45,397 bases of DNA, from contig CACJXH010000003.1 of the NCBI GenBank assembly GCA_902597375.1, positions 1 through 45,397 on the forward strand. Reading direction: 5' to 3'. The stretch is from an uncultured Candidatus Actinomarina sp. (lineage in GTDB: Bacteria; Actinomycetota; Acidimicrobiia; Actinomarinales; Actinomarinaceae). Below, piece by piece: positions 31,371 through 42,269 of this stretch; the stretch's first letter is position 1, and the number at the start of each line of letters is the position of its first letter. The position numbers and the translations under genes were made by a program. The notes beneath the pieces were generated by a model that worked only from the letters and a program-made list of their open reading frames with translations, had not been told where the DNA came from and did not search any database.

Positions 31371-32291
31371 ATGATAAAAACAATTGCTAAAGTTTTCGCT
31401 TTCACTTCCATATTCAAGAATTTGGTTTTGACTCAAAAAAGTAAAACAGAAGGAATAACCCAATTACATCCTATAAAGATTCCTGGAAGAACTGTCTTTG
31501 TAAGAGAAAAAGAATATTTTATTAGAGAAAACATTGTTGAGGGCACAATACCAATTATTTTTCTGCATAGTTGGGGTACTGACTCACTTGGGAGTTGGTT
31601 TAATGTTCTTCCTAAAATTAAAAATGTTAGTTCATTTATAACTATTGATTTTAAAAATCATGGAAGATCGGATGCCAGTTGGGAAAGATGGAGTGTTGAT
31701 GAGAATGCAGACATAGTAATAAGCATTCTAGATGAATTAAATGTATCAGAATGCCATTTAGTAGGTTGGTCCATGGGAAGTGCAGTTGCACTAACAATAT
31801 CCAAAAAAATTCCGGAAAGAATAAATAAAATGATTTTGGTTACACCATTTAGTTGGATCGAGGGAGAGAGGTATAAAGACAACTTTCTTTTCAAATTACT
31901 TGTTGGTGGTGTAAGGATTAGAGAAAGACTTTTTCCCAACAAAAATCCACAATCTAAATATTCTTTTCTTAAAAAATCTAGTGCTCTAAAAAATGAGTTT
32001 ACTGATTGGGCGTGGAACAATCTTCATCGTTCTAAAGATGATTTTATCTATGGAGATGGTGGAAGACACGTAGTAGCTTTTGATTCAAGAGACTGGCTAA
32101 CTGATATTGAAACTGAAACCTTGGCGCTAATTGGTGGTAAAGATAGTCTTGTACCTCAAAAAGCATCGCAAGAAGTGACTACAAAAATGCAAAATATTAC
32201 ATCAATAACATTTACTAATGCACTTCATGGAATACCATGGACACATGATGAAGAACTTGTTGAAGAACTTACTAAATTTTTAAATTTATGA
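31371..32291 (+). CDS. Alpha/beta hydrolase
   Basis: FLHSWG, NHGRS, GWSMG nucleophile elbow, D and H triad positions. Confidence 0.85.
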   Translation: MIKTIAKVFAFTSIFKNLVLTQKSKTEGITQLHPIKIPGRTVFVREKEYFIRENIVEGTIPIIFLHSWGTDSLGSWFNVLPKIKNVSSFITIDFKNHGRSDASWERWSVDENADIVISILDELNVSECHLVGWSMGSAVALTISKKIPERINKMILVTPFSWIEGERYKDNFLFKLLVGGVRIRERLFPNKNPQSKYSFLKKSSALKNEFTDWAWNNLHRSKDDFIYGDGGRHVVAFDSRDWLTDIETETLALIGGKDSLVPQKASQEVTTKMQNITSITFTNALHGIPWTHDEELVEELTKFLNL

Positions 32292-33418
32292 AAAATGTTC
32301 TATTTATTGCACCCACTACATATCAACTTCCACTAACTGAAAACTTAAAAAAAAAGTTCATTACATTAAGTGAAGTTTGTAATGTTTCTGTTTTAGCTTT
32401 TGCAAACAGTAAAACTTTTTTAAACGAGACGTATGGAAACTTCTACTTAAATAAGAAGATAAAAAATCGTTTAATAAATTATTTTAGAATTATTCAAATT
32501 TCAATCTTTACCACCCACAAAATTATTAAAAAGGAAAATATAGATATTGTATGTTTTCAAGATCCAGTATCTTCTTTTTTTTCAATTCTATTTTTAAAGG
32601 TAAGAAGAGCTGAAGTAAAAATAGTTGTTGAAACTCATGGTGATTTCATCGAGACCTTGAGTTTAGAGAAAAATTTGGTTTTACCAAGTTTGTATAAAAA
32701 ACTATTTTACATAATGGCCAAATACTCTATTGGTAAATCAAATATTATAAGAGCAGTTTCATCTTCGACTGAACAACAAGTTTTAGATATAGATTCTTCA
32801 AAAAGTGTTGTAAGGTTTCCTGCTTGGATTGATTTTAAGGATTTTCAAAATATTGAACCTAAGCCATTTTCTAAAGACAAATTTAATATTCTATTTATTG
32901 GAAGTGTAACAGATAGAAAAAAACCTCATATGATTATTGAGGCAATTCAAAGAATCAATGACAAAAGTTATCACTTATCAATTATTGGACCTGCTCCTAA
33001 TGAAAAATATTTTAAAGAGCTCAAAGACTTAATAGATAAATCAGACCTTCAAAATCAAGTTTCATTGATAGGGCCAGTTGATAGGGAAAGTGTTAAAGAT
33101 TATTATTCAACTTCAAATTTAATGATTCTACCTTCAATATCAGAGGGGCTTGCACGGGTAATTTTCGAATCACAAGTAGCAATGTGCCCCGTACTTGTTA
33201 CAGATGCCCCAGGAATGAGTGATATTGTTATTGATGGTCAAACAGGATATGTATTTGAAAGTAATAATCTTGATAGCCTCTCCTTAAAGATTGAATATAT
33301 AAAAAATAATTATGAAGAGGCATCTTTAGTTGCTAAGAATGCAAAGGGATTTATTTTATCTAATTATTCTGAAGATAATTTTAAATTTAGTTTCAAAAAA
33401 CTTTTTGATACGGTTTAA
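32288..33418 (+). CDS. GT4 family glycosyltransferase
   Basis: FIGSVTDRKK, LPSISEGLARVIFES, IVIDGQTG. Confidence 0.85.
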   Translation: MKNVLFIAPTTYQLPLTENLKKKFITLSEVCNVSVLAFANSKTFLNETYGNFYLNKKIKNRLINYFRIIQISIFTTHKIIKKENIDIVCFQDPVSSFFSILFLKVRRAEVKIVVETHGDFIETLSLEKNLVLPSLYKKLFYIMAKYSIGKSNIIRAVSSSTEQQVLDIDSSKSVVRFPAWIDFKDFQNIEPKPFSKDKFNILFIGSVTDRKKPHMIIEAIQRINDKSYHLSIIGPAPNEKYFKELKDLIDKSDLQNQVSLIGPVDRESVKDYYSTSNLMILPSISEGLARVIFESQVAMCPVLVTDAPGMSDIVIDGQTGYVFESNNLDSLSLKIEYIKNNYEEASLVAKNAKGFILSNYSEDNFKFSFKKLFDTV

Positions 33419-33455
33419 TTTCAAAAGTGTCCACGCAACTTGCTATTCTTGTAAC

Positions 33456-34481
33456 ATGGAAATTTTATTTTTAGGGATAATTTCAGCGCTTTTAATCGCA
33501 ATTTTATATTTTGTTACAAAAAAAGATAATTCTGAAGAACAAAATAAGGACGAATATTTGATTAAAGGAATTGTTAGTGAAATTATTGAAAATGAAGAAT
33601 CTCAAATTTATAAATTATTAAACAAATCAGATCAAACTGTAAAAGAATTTCTTGAAAAAACTGGTGAAATAAAAAGTTCTATATCAGGAGTAGATCAACA
33701 AACTCGAAATTTAATATCAGTATTAAACAATAATCAAAGTAGGGGTCAGTGGGCTGAGTTTCAAGTTGAAGATCTTCTAGGAATTATGGACTATAAAGAA
33801 GGGATCCATTACGAAACTCAAAAAATAATGAAGAGTGGTACAAAACCTGACTTTACTTTTTACCTTCCAGATGACAAATCGATCAATATGGACTCAAAAT
33901 TCCCACTCACGATATATATGGAAATTTCAAAACTTAATAGAGACTTAGAAGATGAAACTTTAGATGAAATAGCAAGACGAGAAATAACAGATTCTATTAA
34001 GGCCAAAACTAAAGAATTTTTAGATAAAGCAATTAAAACAAAAATAGATGATACTGCTTCGAGAGAGGGCTACATTGCTCCTGATGAAGATACCGTAGAC
34101 TTTATTTTAATGTATATTCCTCTTGAGAATTTATATCACTTTCTTCTTACTTCAGTTATTGGTTCTTCAAAAACACCAGTTATTGAATATGCTTTTTCAA
34201 GGAAAGTTATATTAGTAAGCCCACAAACACTAATGGCCTATCTTGAAACAATAAGACATTCAATGAAATTATTTAGTTTACAAACCGATACTAAGAATAT
34301 TCTTGCTACTCATGAAAAAATAAAAAATGAAATTAGGAAATTTATTGATTCATTTGATGACGTAACAAAGAGATTAGACCAAACTGTTCAATCGTTTGAA
34401 TCTTTAAAGACTACAAGAGTCAATAAACTTGAAAAATCATTTGAAGAACTTGATCAGGTAAATAAACAACTTGAAGATTAA
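33456..34481 (+). CDS. rmuC: DNA recombination protein RmuC family
   Basis: RGQWAE, KPD..LP, MDSKFP, DFILMYIP, LVSPQTL; start reassigned to ATG 33456 (TM anchor; extended -10 TGCTATTCT 6 nt upstream). Confidence 0.85.
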   Translation: MEILFLGIISALLIAILYFVTKKDNSEEQNKDEYLIKGIVSEIIENEESQIYKLLNKSDQTVKEFLEKTGEIKSSISGVDQQTRNLISVLNNNQSRGQWAEFQVEDLLGIMDYKEGIHYETQKIMKSGTKPDFTFYLPDDKSINMDSKFPLTIYMEISKLNRDLEDETLDEIARREITDSIKAKTKEFLDKAIKTKIDDTASREGYIAPDEDTVDFILMYIPLENLYHFLLTSVIGSSKTPVIEYAFSRKVILVSPQTLMAYLETIRHSMKLFSLQTDTKNILATHEKIKNEIRKFIDSFDDVTKRLDQTVQSFESLKTTRVNKLEKSFEELDQVNKQLED

Positions 34482-34870
34482 TAATTAGAAGATAATCTTG
34501 TTACAACCATAATGCATTTGTCATCTATGTAATTTTTTTTGTTAATTTTTAAGAATTCTGAGATTTCATCACTTTCTGCACCTGGTTGGTACCAAAAATT
34601 GTCATACCCCTTTTCAACTAAATCCCTTGTAACAACCAATCCTTCATCTGGAGGTATTACAAAATTGATTATCGAGGGGATTTCTTCAAGCATTTCTATA
34701 TTTTTATATGCTTTAAGTCCTTCAATTTCTTTTTCTTTCTTGTTAACCGGATAAACAGTGTATCCCTTTTCTGTTAGATCTAGTAAAATTTTATTTCCAT
34801 ATTTTCTGGGATCATTTGATGATCCAATCAGAGCAATAGAGTTACTTTTATTCTTTAAAGATTCAATCAA
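34478..34870 (-). CDS. CoA-binding protein (YccU-like)
   Basis: IALIGSSNDPRKYG, YPVN, WYQPGAE, CIMV. Confidence 0.85.
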   Translation of the reverse strand: MIESLKNKSNSIALIGSSNDPRKYGNKILLDLTEKGYTVYPVNKKEKEIEGLKAYKNIEMLEEIPSIINFVIPPDEGLVVTRDLVEKGYDNFWYQPGAESDEISEFLKINKKNYIDDKCIMVVTRLSSNY

Positions 34871-36661
34871 TTAGAAATTATCAGCCTTCATGGCATAAAG
34901 ATCATCTTTACCTGCTGTAACAGCTGAAGCATAACCAGATGTCAATGGAAGTAGTTGTTCCATGTAAAATTTTGAAAGGGTTAATTTATCGGTATAAAAC
35001 TCATCATTAGTTTCTTTAAATTTTTTGTTTGCCAAAATAGCAGCTTTACCCATATAGTATCCACCAAGAACCTGTCCAAACATTTTCAAATAAGGTGTAG
35101 CAGCAGCACTTGCGTCAACAAGTTCTCCTTCTAACATTCTTCCACCAAGCCACAATGTAACCTCGGACAATGTAGAGACTTCTTTTTCAAGCTTTTCTGC
35201 CATAGATGAAATTACTTCATCATCTTTCTTCATTTCTTCGATAAGTTCATTTACATCACCCAATAATCTTTGCATTGCTTGACCATTGTCTAATGGCAGT
35301 TTTCTAAACATTAAATCTAAGGCTTGAATTCCATTTGTTCCTTCATAAATTGGTGCAATTCTTGAATCCCTCAGATATTGAGCTACTCCAGTCTCTTCGA
35401 CATAACCCATTCCACCATAAACTTGTATAGCCATAGAAGAAAGCTCAACTCCTAAATCTGATATCCATGCTTTAGTAATTGGAGTCAAGATTCCACATCT
35501 TTCCTCACCAAACGCCTTCATTTCCTCATCTTCTGCAAAGTATTCTACATCCAGCATTAATTGATTGTCATACATCATATATCTCATTGCATCAACGTAT
35601 GATTTAATTGTCATAAGCATTCTTCTAACATCTGCATGATCAATAATTGTTGAATTTTTAGCATCCTCTTTTGACATTCCAACAGGGCGACCTTGGACTC
35701 TATCCCTAGCATATTGGGCAGCACCCTGAAGTGATCCTGATGCGCAAGCAAGACCTTGTCCACCTACCCATACTCTTGCCTCATTCATCATTGTGAACAT
35801 GTAATTAAGGCCTCTGTTTTCCTCTCCAACTAAATAGCCAACTGATTCGTTATATTCCATAACACATGTTGGACTTGCGTGAATACCTAATTTTTCCTCA
35901 ATAGAGATACATGTTACATTGTTGCTTTCTCCAGAAGAGCCATCTTCATTGACCATCATTTTTGGAACTATAAACATAGAAATACCTTTTGTTCCTTCAG
36001 GTGAACCAGGTACTTTCGCAAGTACTAAATGAATGATGTTGTCAGTCATATCATGTTCTCCAAAAGTAATCCAAACTTTTGTTCCAGTTATTTTATAAGT
36101 TCCATCATCTTGAGGCTCTGCTTTTGTAGTGATTGTTCCAAGATCAGATCCTGATTGTGGCTCACTAAGGTTCATAGTCCCTGTCCACTCACCTGAAACT
36201 AATTTAGGTAAAAACTTTTCTTTTTGTTCTTCACTTCCATGAAAATTAATTGCTGAAATTGCTCCGGCACTTAAACCTGGTGCTAGTCCAAAAGCGAGAT
36301 TTGCACTGCTTAAAATTTCAAGAGTTCCTCCGGAGAGTGCAATTGGCATTCCTCCTCCACCAATTTCTGATGGTAACGAAATTGAAGCCCACCCAGCTTC
36401 GGCAAATCTTTTATAAGCGTCGACAAATTCAGGTGGCATCGATACTTTTCCGTTATCAATAGTCGCCCCTTGTTGGTCACCAATTGCATTTATTGGTGCC
36501 AAAACTTCTTCTGCAAATTTTGCACATTCTTCCATAGTTGGAATGACAATATCTTCAGTGAAGTCACTAAATGCTGGTATTTTACCAATAACGTCATAAG
36601 TGTCTACTACTTCGTATCCAAACACTATATCTTTAATTGGGGCCTTGTATGCGACAGCCAT
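34871..36661 (-). CDS. Acyl-CoA dehydrogenase (long-form, DmdC-related group)
   Basis: GTMNLSEPQSGSDLG, KLGIHASPTC, QVYGGMGYVEE, IYEGTNGIQALDL. Confidence 0.9.
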   Translation of the reverse strand: MAVAYKAPIKDIVFGYEVVDTYDVIGKIPAFSDFTEDIVIPTMEECAKFAEEVLAPINAIGDQQGATIDNGKVSMPPEFVDAYKRFAEAGWASISLPSEIGGGGMPIALSGGTLEILSSANLAFGLAPGLSAGAISAINFHGSEEQKEKFLPKLVSGEWTGTMNLSEPQSGSDLGTITTKAEPQDDGTYKITGTKVWITFGEHDMTDNIIHLVLAKVPGSPEGTKGISMFIVPKMMVNEDGSSGESNNVTCISIEEKLGIHASPTCVMEYNESVGYLVGEENRGLNYMFTMMNEARVWVGGQGLACASGSLQGAAQYARDRVQGRPVGMSKEDAKNSTIIDHADVRRMLMTIKSYVDAMRYMMYDNQLMLDVEYFAEDEEMKAFGEERCGILTPITKAWISDLGVELSSMAIQVYGGMGYVEETGVAQYLRDSRIAPIYEGTNGIQALDLMFRKLPLDNGQAMQRLLGDVNELIEEMKKDDEVISSMAEKLEKEVSTLSEVTLWLGGRMLEGELVDASAAATPYLKMFGQVLGGYYMGKAAILANKKFKETNDEFYTDKLTLSKFYMEQLLPLTSGYASAVTAGKDDLYAMKADNF

Positions 36662-36700
36662 ATTCTATTTTAAACGTAAAGTATCAAAATTATAAAATTC

Positions 36701-37546
36701 TCAGCGCGGTTTTATTTCAATTAATTCTGAGACTTCCTTTATTTTCTCCATAGTGGGAAGTTCATTAGTTCCAGCAACAATTGCTCCAGATGCACAAGCA
36801 CCTTTAACATTCTCAATTAAGTTTTCTACACCAAATGCACCAATGTATGCAGCTGTTGCATCTCCAGCCCCAGTTGAATTTATAGTTTTGAAATCTGGCG
36901 GTGTAATTTCTAATACCCCATCTTTACTAATCAACCTTGCAGGAAGATTTGATGATGTTAAAAGAATCCAATCAACGTATTCTTCATTTATTAATCTGTT
37001 TGCTTCAATTACATCAATTTCATCTTTACTTACAACTAAAAAATTAATTTTGTAAGTAATTTCTTCTTGATAGCCTGCCTGTGTAATAAACACATCATGG
37101 CTTACACTTTCTAAATCTTGTTTTATAAACGGAATAGAATACCTATCTACTATCAATGAGTCAAAGTTTTTAACTTCTTTCAAATTATTCCACTTACAAA
37201 AGTTATAACCCGAGGAAATTATTGTCCTCTCACCATTTTTATCTACATAAATCGAACAAGTTGGAGTATCGTGATTTTCAAAAATTATATTTTCGTAGTT
37301 TATGTTTGAATTTTCAAAATGTTTGATCATATATTTACCAAATTCGTCACTTCCTATACTATTTCCTGCGACCCCAACATTAAGACCCAAGTTGGCTATA
37401 TTTTCAGCACAATTAGTTGCTGTACCTCCTGCTCTGATTAGGTATTTATTACTCCTTATATCTCCACCTAAATTCGGGAGTTCATCGATGAAATATATAA
37501 AATCAGGATTCAGAGTGCCAAAACTCAATATATTATTAAAAGACAT
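36701..37546 (-). CDS. PfkB family carbohydrate kinase
   Basis: GGTATN, GSDEFG, NSTGAGDA. Confidence 0.8.
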   Translation of the reverse strand: MSFNNILSFGTLNPDFIYFIDELPNLGGDIRSNKYLIRAGGTATNCAENIANLGLNVGVAGNSIGSDEFGKYMIKHFENSNINYENIIFENHDTPTCSIYVDKNGERTIISSGYNFCKWNNLKEVKNFDSLIVDRYSIPFIKQDLESVSHDVFITQAGYQEEITYKINFLVVSKDEIDVIEANRLINEEYVDWILLTSSNLPARLISKDGVLEITPPDFKTINSTGAGDATAAYIGAFGVENLIENVKGACASGAIVAGTNELPTMEKIKEVSELIEIKPR

Positions 37547-37607
37547 AGTTACTATTCTATGCTTTAAAAATTTATCATATAAGCCGAATTTTGTTTAAAT
37601 ATTAACT

Positions 37608-38015
37608 ATGAACGTAAAAACATTAAATGCAAAAATTGATGAATTTGTATCAAACACAATGAGTTTTTTAAACAATATCCAAGTTTATCATTGGCAAACT
37701 CAGTCTTATTCAGAACATGAAGCATTGGGCGAATACTATGAAACTCTTACTCAGTTAAATGATAAGCTTGTCGAGTCATGGCAGGGAAATCAAAATACCA
37801 GACTGAGATTTAGTGAAGGTCCTTACTCAATTGAAAACTATTTTTCAAAAGAAGAAACTAAAAATAAAATTGTTGAGTTTAAAGAACAGGTAACCACAAT
37901 ATCAGGATTTGTATCTGAATTAAATGAGACAAACCAGTTTGATGATATTGAAAATATTCTTGAAGAAATATCAGAAGTTAATAGCCGAACTCTTTATCTT
38001 TTAAGTTTGAGTTAA
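37608..38015 (+). CDS. Dps/ferritin-like four-helix protein (DUF5856-like)
   Basis: HWQT..SEHEALGEYY..DKLVE ferroxidase-like pattern. Confidence 0.6.
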   Translation: MNVKTLNAKIDEFVSNTMSFLNNIQVYHWQTQSYSEHEALGEYYETLTQLNDKLVESWQGNQNTRLRFSEGPYSIENYFSKEETKNKIVEFKEQVTTISGFVSELNETNQFDDIENILEEISEVNSRTLYLLSLS

Positions 38016-38064
38016 TCCAATATCTGAATACTCTGTACTAAGTATATAAATTAGAAAGGTACAA

Positions 38065-38430
38065 ATGAAAGTAGCCTATGTTTTAAATACACCTAACGCT
38101 GCAAATTATAAAATTGGAGAAATGATACTTCCTCAACTTGAAAGTGATAGTCATGGTGTTGATGTTGTAGGAATTTTCTTTTTTGATGATAATACAATGC
38201 TTCTTCAAAAAGGAAACCCTAAAGGCGAAAGACTTGCAAAAATTGCTGAAGAAAAAGGCATGCTCTTAATGATGTGTGACCAATGTGCAAACCAAAGAGG
38301 TCTAGCTTCTGAAAACAGCGATGGTGGTTATTCACCTGAAGGTACAGTTGATGGAGTAGCAGTTGGTTGTTTCCCAGATCTCTATAGTGCATTATCAGGT
38401 AATATGCCTGATCAGGTCATTTCACTTTAA
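38065..38430 (+). CDS. DsrE-related protein, SaoD-like
   Basis: MKVAY..ILPQLE..HGVDVVGIFFFDDN..CDQCA..RG..GCFPDLY..PDQVISL matches recalled SaoD/DsrE pattern; GAAAGG SD. Confidence 0.7.
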   Translation: MKVAYVLNTPNAANYKIGEMILPQLESDSHGVDVVGIFFFDDNTMLLQKGNPKGERLAKIAEEKGMLLMMCDQCANQRGLASENSDGGYSPEGTVDGVAVGCFPDLYSALSGNMPDQVISL

Positions 38431-38445
38431 CCTAAGAATTACTTA

Positions 38446-38478
38446 AGACAAATTACCACTACAAACGGTAAATTGTCT
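38446..38478. terminator. Imperfect hairpin between convergent genes
   Basis: AGACAAATTACC-N9-GGTAAATTGTCT (11/12 paired). Confidence 0.4.
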
Positions 38479-38559
38479 AGGTTTTCGGTTATTGAAAATA
38501 AACAATTTTTTCACTCACTGAATTTAAAGGATGAAAGAATTAATAGACTTTTGTTGTGA

Positions 38560-39408
38560 TTAAGCTTGTAGCCAGTCTTCAGGATTATCATCAACAAAAA
38601 AATCTGAAACTAAAGTTGCGTCTGGATCGACTGCATATTGATCAAAATCTGTAATACCTTCTTCTTCAAGAACATCTTGGTCTAAAAAGAAGTTTCCGGT
38701 GCATGATGATGAATCTCTCTTTAAGACGGCGTATGCAGCATCAGCATATATAGAAGGTTTTCTTGATCCTTTTACAAGTTCTGCCCCAATTACATTCCTT
38801 ACAGCAGCTGTATCTAATGAAGTTCTTGGCCATAGACAATTTGATGCGATTCCAAATTTACCAAGTTCTTCTGCTAATCCATGAGCTATCAATGTCATAC
38901 CGTATTTTGCAGTTGTGTAAGCTAATGTCATTCCAAACCATTTTCTATCAAAGTTCAAAGGCGGGGAAAGTGTAAGGATGTGTGGGTTTTTTCCATTTTT
39001 TAAATGAGGAATTGTTTTTTGACTTAACAAGAACGTCCCTCTTACATTAATTCCATGCATTAAGTCATATCTTTTCATTGGAGTATTTACTGTATCAGTA
39101 AGATGAATGGCACTTGCATTATTTACACAAATATCTATTCCACCAAACTTTTCAACAGCTTCATTGACGGCGCTTTCTACTTGTTCTTCAAATCTTATAT
39201 CACAAACGATAGGCAAAGCTTTCCCACCAACTGACTCAATCTCTTCTGCGGCTGTATAAATTGTTCCTGGAAGCGTAGGATGAGGCTCAGTTGTTTTTGC
39301 GAGTATAGCAATGTTTGCTCCATCTTTACCAAGTGCTTTTGCTATTTCAAGGCCAACACCTCTTGACCCTCCACTCATAATTATTGTTTTATCTTTAAAA
39401 AATGACAT
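38560..39408 (-). CDS. Short-chain dehydrogenase (HSDL2/AtuG-like)
   Basis: SGGSRGVG, NNASAI, YTTAK, LWPRT, CTGNFF. Confidence 0.88.
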   Translation of the reverse strand: MSFFKDKTIIMSGGSRGVGLEIAKALGKDGANIAILAKTTEPHPTLPGTIYTAAEEIESVGGKALPIVCDIRFEEQVESAVNEAVEKFGGIDICVNNASAIHLTDTVNTPMKRYDLMHGINVRGTFLLSQKTIPHLKNGKNPHILTLSPPLNFDRKWFGMTLAYTTAKYGMTLIAHGLAEELGKFGIASNCLWPRTSLDTAAVRNVIGAELVKGSRKPSIYADAAYAVLKRDSSSCTGNFFLDQDVLEEEGITDFDQYAVDPDATLVSDFFVDDNPEDWLQA

Positions 39409-39411
39409 AAT

Positions 39412-40983
39412 CTAATCTATCAAATTATAAGCTGGTAATGTTAAAAATTCTTCAAAATCTTCATCAAAAATAAGATCGCTAAATAATGTTACTGCTTCAC
39501 TTAGCATTTCTGAATTTTCTTGAATTTCTTTTATTTTATTTACTTCATCTTTGATTAGCTCGGTTACAAAACTTTTATCAATACTTTTGTTTACGTCTGT
39601 TTTTGCTTCATTCTTAATCCACTGCCATAATTGAGATCTAGAGATTTCAGCTGTTGCAGCATCCTCCATTAGATTAAATAATGCAGCGGCTCCCTGTCCC
39701 AAAAGCCATGATTGAACATACAAGATACCAACACGTATATTAGTTCTAATACCTTCTTCGGTAATTGTTGCTCCAGGGATATTAAAATCTTGAAGCATGT
39801 CCTCAGATATAACTGGTTCATTGGGTATAAAATCAATTTGGTTTTCCTTAGCGCCTAAGGAATCTTTGAATACATCTTTACATACTTGTACTAAATCTGG
39901 ATGTGCTACCCAAGAGCCATCAAAACCCATAGTTACTTCACGTTCTTTATCTTTTTTCACTTGATCTATAGCCTTTTCTGTAATTTCAGGATCTCTTCTA
40001 TTAGGTATAAACGCAGACATACCCCCTATTGCATGAGCACCTCGTTTGTGACAGCTCTGTACAAGTAATTCAGTGTATGCTTTCATAAATGGAACAGTCA
40101 TGGTAATTTGTGATCTATCTGGAAAATTTATTTCTGGTAAGTCCCTATGTTTTTTGATTGCGCTAAAAATATAATCCCATCGGCCTGCATTCATTCCTAG
40201 AGAATGCTCTTTTAATGAGTAAAGAATCTCCTCAATTTCAAAAGATGCTGATATTGTCTCTAGGAGTACAGTTGCCCGCAAAGTTCCTCTAGGCAAACTC
40301 AGTTCATCTTCAGAAAAAGAAAAGATATCATCCCAAAGTTGTGACTCTGAACTATTTTCAAGCTTTGGTATGTAAAAATATGTACCTATCCCATTTTCTA
40401 ATCTCAATTTTGCATTGTGAAATGTATATAAAGCAAAATCTAAAAATGCTCCTGACACAGGGGCGCCATTTAGTAATACATTTTTGTCATCAAGGTGTAG
40501 GCCTCTTGGCCTTACAAAGAGACTTGTGTTACTTTCTGGGTTTAAAGAGTATGTTTTCTCATTTTTTGGATCCACAAATTCAAGGTCTCTAAGATTAGCA
40601 TCAAGTAAATTGACTTGGCCATCCATAATATTTTTCCATGTAGGGGAAGTTGAATCCTCAAAATCTGCCATGAATACATCAGCTCCAGAATTCAATGCAT
40701 TTATAATCATTTTTCTATCCACTGGTCCAGTAATTTCTACATTTCTATTTGCCACATCTGCTGGGGGTGCTGTAACCTTCCAATTGTCTTCTCTTATTTT
40801 TTTGTCTTTTGGGAAAGAAAGTCTTTTACCAGATGAAATATCATTTTGCATTTTTACCCTATTTTTTAGAATTTCTTGACGGGTATTCTCAAAAGTTGAG
40901 CAGACTTTCTCTAGAAAACTTATAGCCTCATCAGACAATATATTTTGATATTGACTTTTTTTTTCAGAATTAATATCGATCAT
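39412..40983 (-). CDS. aceB: Malate synthase A
   Basis: VEITGPVDRKM, MADFED, RPRGLH, NAGRWDYIFS, LMEDAATAEISR. Confidence 0.95.
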   Translation of the reverse strand: MIDINSEKKSQYQNILSDEAISFLEKVCSTFENTRQEILKNRVKMQNDISSGKRLSFPKDKKIREDNWKVTAPPADVANRNVEITGPVDRKMIINALNSGADVFMADFEDSTSPTWKNIMDGQVNLLDANLRDLEFVDPKNEKTYSLNPESNTSLFVRPRGLHLDDKNVLLNGAPVSGAFLDFALYTFHNAKLRLENGIGTYFYIPKLENSSESQLWDDIFSFSEDELSLPRGTLRATVLLETISASFEIEEILYSLKEHSLGMNAGRWDYIFSAIKKHRDLPEINFPDRSQITMTVPFMKAYTELLVQSCHKRGAHAIGGMSAFIPNRRDPEITEKAIDQVKKDKEREVTMGFDGSWVAHPDLVQVCKDVFKDSLGAKENQIDFIPNEPVISEDMLQDFNIPGATITEEGIRTNIRVGILYVQSWLLGQGAAALFNLMEDAATAEISRSQLWQWIKNEAKTDVNKSIDKSFVTELIKDEVNKIKEIQENSEMLSEAVTLFSDLIFDEDFEEFLTLPAYNLID

Positions 40984-42269
40984 TAAAACTGTTCTTCTTC
41001 AGTGGACCCCTCTAGTGCTAATGTTGAGGCATCTCCTCCAGAAATAATTGTTGATACTTTATCAAAATAACCAGCTCCAACTTCTCTCTGGTGTTTTACT
41101 GACGTAAACCCTTTTTCTTCAAGTGAAAATTCTTTCTCCTGAAGCTCTACATAAGATGACATATTTCCACCTTTGTAATTTGAAGCTAGTTCAAACATTG
41201 ATGTGTTTAAGGCATGAAACCCTGCCAATGTGATGAACTGAAATTTGTAACCAAATGAATTTAATTGCTCTTGAAATGTTTCTATTTCTTTTTCATTTAA
41301 AGAGGCTTTCCAATTAAAAGATGGAGAACAATTATAAGCCATCAGCTTGTTTGGATACTTCTCATGAATTGCATCTGCAAAATCCTTTGCAAAACCGAGG
41401 TCAGGTTTTCCAGTTTCACACCAAACCAAATCAGAATAAGGAGCATAAGAAAGTGCTCTTGAGATAGCTGCATCTGGACCATTGTTTACTCTATAAAATC
41501 CTTCTGCTGTTCTTTCTCCAGTAACAAACTCTGCATCAATTTCATCGATGTCACTTGTTAGTAAATTTGCACCTAAAGCATCAGTTCTTGCGATGATTAC
41601 AAGTGGAACACCAAGAGTATCGGCTGCTAGTCTAGCAGATGTTAATGTTCGGATATGCTGACTAGTAGGGACTAAAACTTTTCCACCCATATGTCCACAT
41701 TTTTTTTCTGCGGCAAGCTGATCTTCAAAATGAACCGCAGCAACACCAGCTTCAATGAATTTTTTAGTAAGTTCAAATACATTTAATGCTCCACCAAAAC
41801 CTGCTTCTCCATCTGCAACAATTGGAACAATATAATTTGTAGAATCGATACCGTCAGTTTTATCAACTTGCTCAGCTCTTAATAAAGCATTATTTATTTT
41901 TTTGGCAAGGTTAGGTGCACTATTGCTTGGATATAATGATTGATCAGGATAAGTTGTATCTCCAAGGTTTGAGTCAGCTGCAACCTGCCAACCACTTAAA
42001 TAAATTGCTTCAAGCCCAGCCTTTGCCATCTGTACTGCTTGATTGCCTGATAATGCGCCTAAAGCTGAAACCCACTCATCTTTACGATTGAGTAAGTTCC
42101 ATAAATTTGTTGAACCATTTTGAGACAGGGAATACTCAATTTGAATGGAATTTCTTAACGAAACAACATCTTCAGCAGAAAAGTTACGCTTTGTATCTTT
42201 CCACCTGGGGTTTGTTTCCCATTCTTCACTCAGTAAAGAGGGATCCAAATGATTTTTATTCTCCATCAT
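40983..42269 (-). CDS. aceA: Isocitrate lyase
   Basis: [32 protein letters not shown]; start ATG 42269 or 42266 preferred over 42290. Confidence 0.95.
   Translation of the reverse strand: MMENKNHLDPSLLSEEWETNPRWKDTKRNFSAEDVVSLRNSIQIEYSLSQNGSTNLWNLLNRKDEWVSALGALSGNQAVQMAKAGLEAIYLSGWQVAADSNLGDTTYPDQSLYPSNSAPNLAKKINNALLRAEQVDKTDGIDSTNYIVPIVADGEAGFGGALNVFELTKKFIEAGVAAVHFEDQLAAEKKCGHMGGKVLVPTSQHIRTLTSARLAADTLGVPLVIIARTDALGANLLTSDIDEIDAEFVTGERTAEGFYRVNNGPDAAISRALSYAPYSDLVWCETGKPDLGFAKDFADAIHEKYPNKLMAYNCSPSFNWKASLNEKEIETFQEQLNSFGYKFQFITLAGFHALNTSMFELASNYKGGNMSSYVELQEKEFSLEEKGFTSVKHQREVGAGYFDKVSTIISGGDASTLALEGSTEEEQF

Noticed and set aside
33330-33455. Long N-terminal extension of rmuC; likewise extensions at 23527, 43564 and 44157
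   Set aside because: They overlap upstream genes; downstream ATGs have promoter or stop-start coupling support.
31371-34481. Hydrolase-glycosyltransferase-rmuC block as a defence or mobile island
   Set aside because: No integrase, flanking repeats or defence domains; all are common chromosomal families.
38431-38559. Possible sRNA or riboswitch between convergent genes
   Set aside because: Only one imperfect hairpin in a 3'-3' context and no recognisable aptamer; best read as a terminator.
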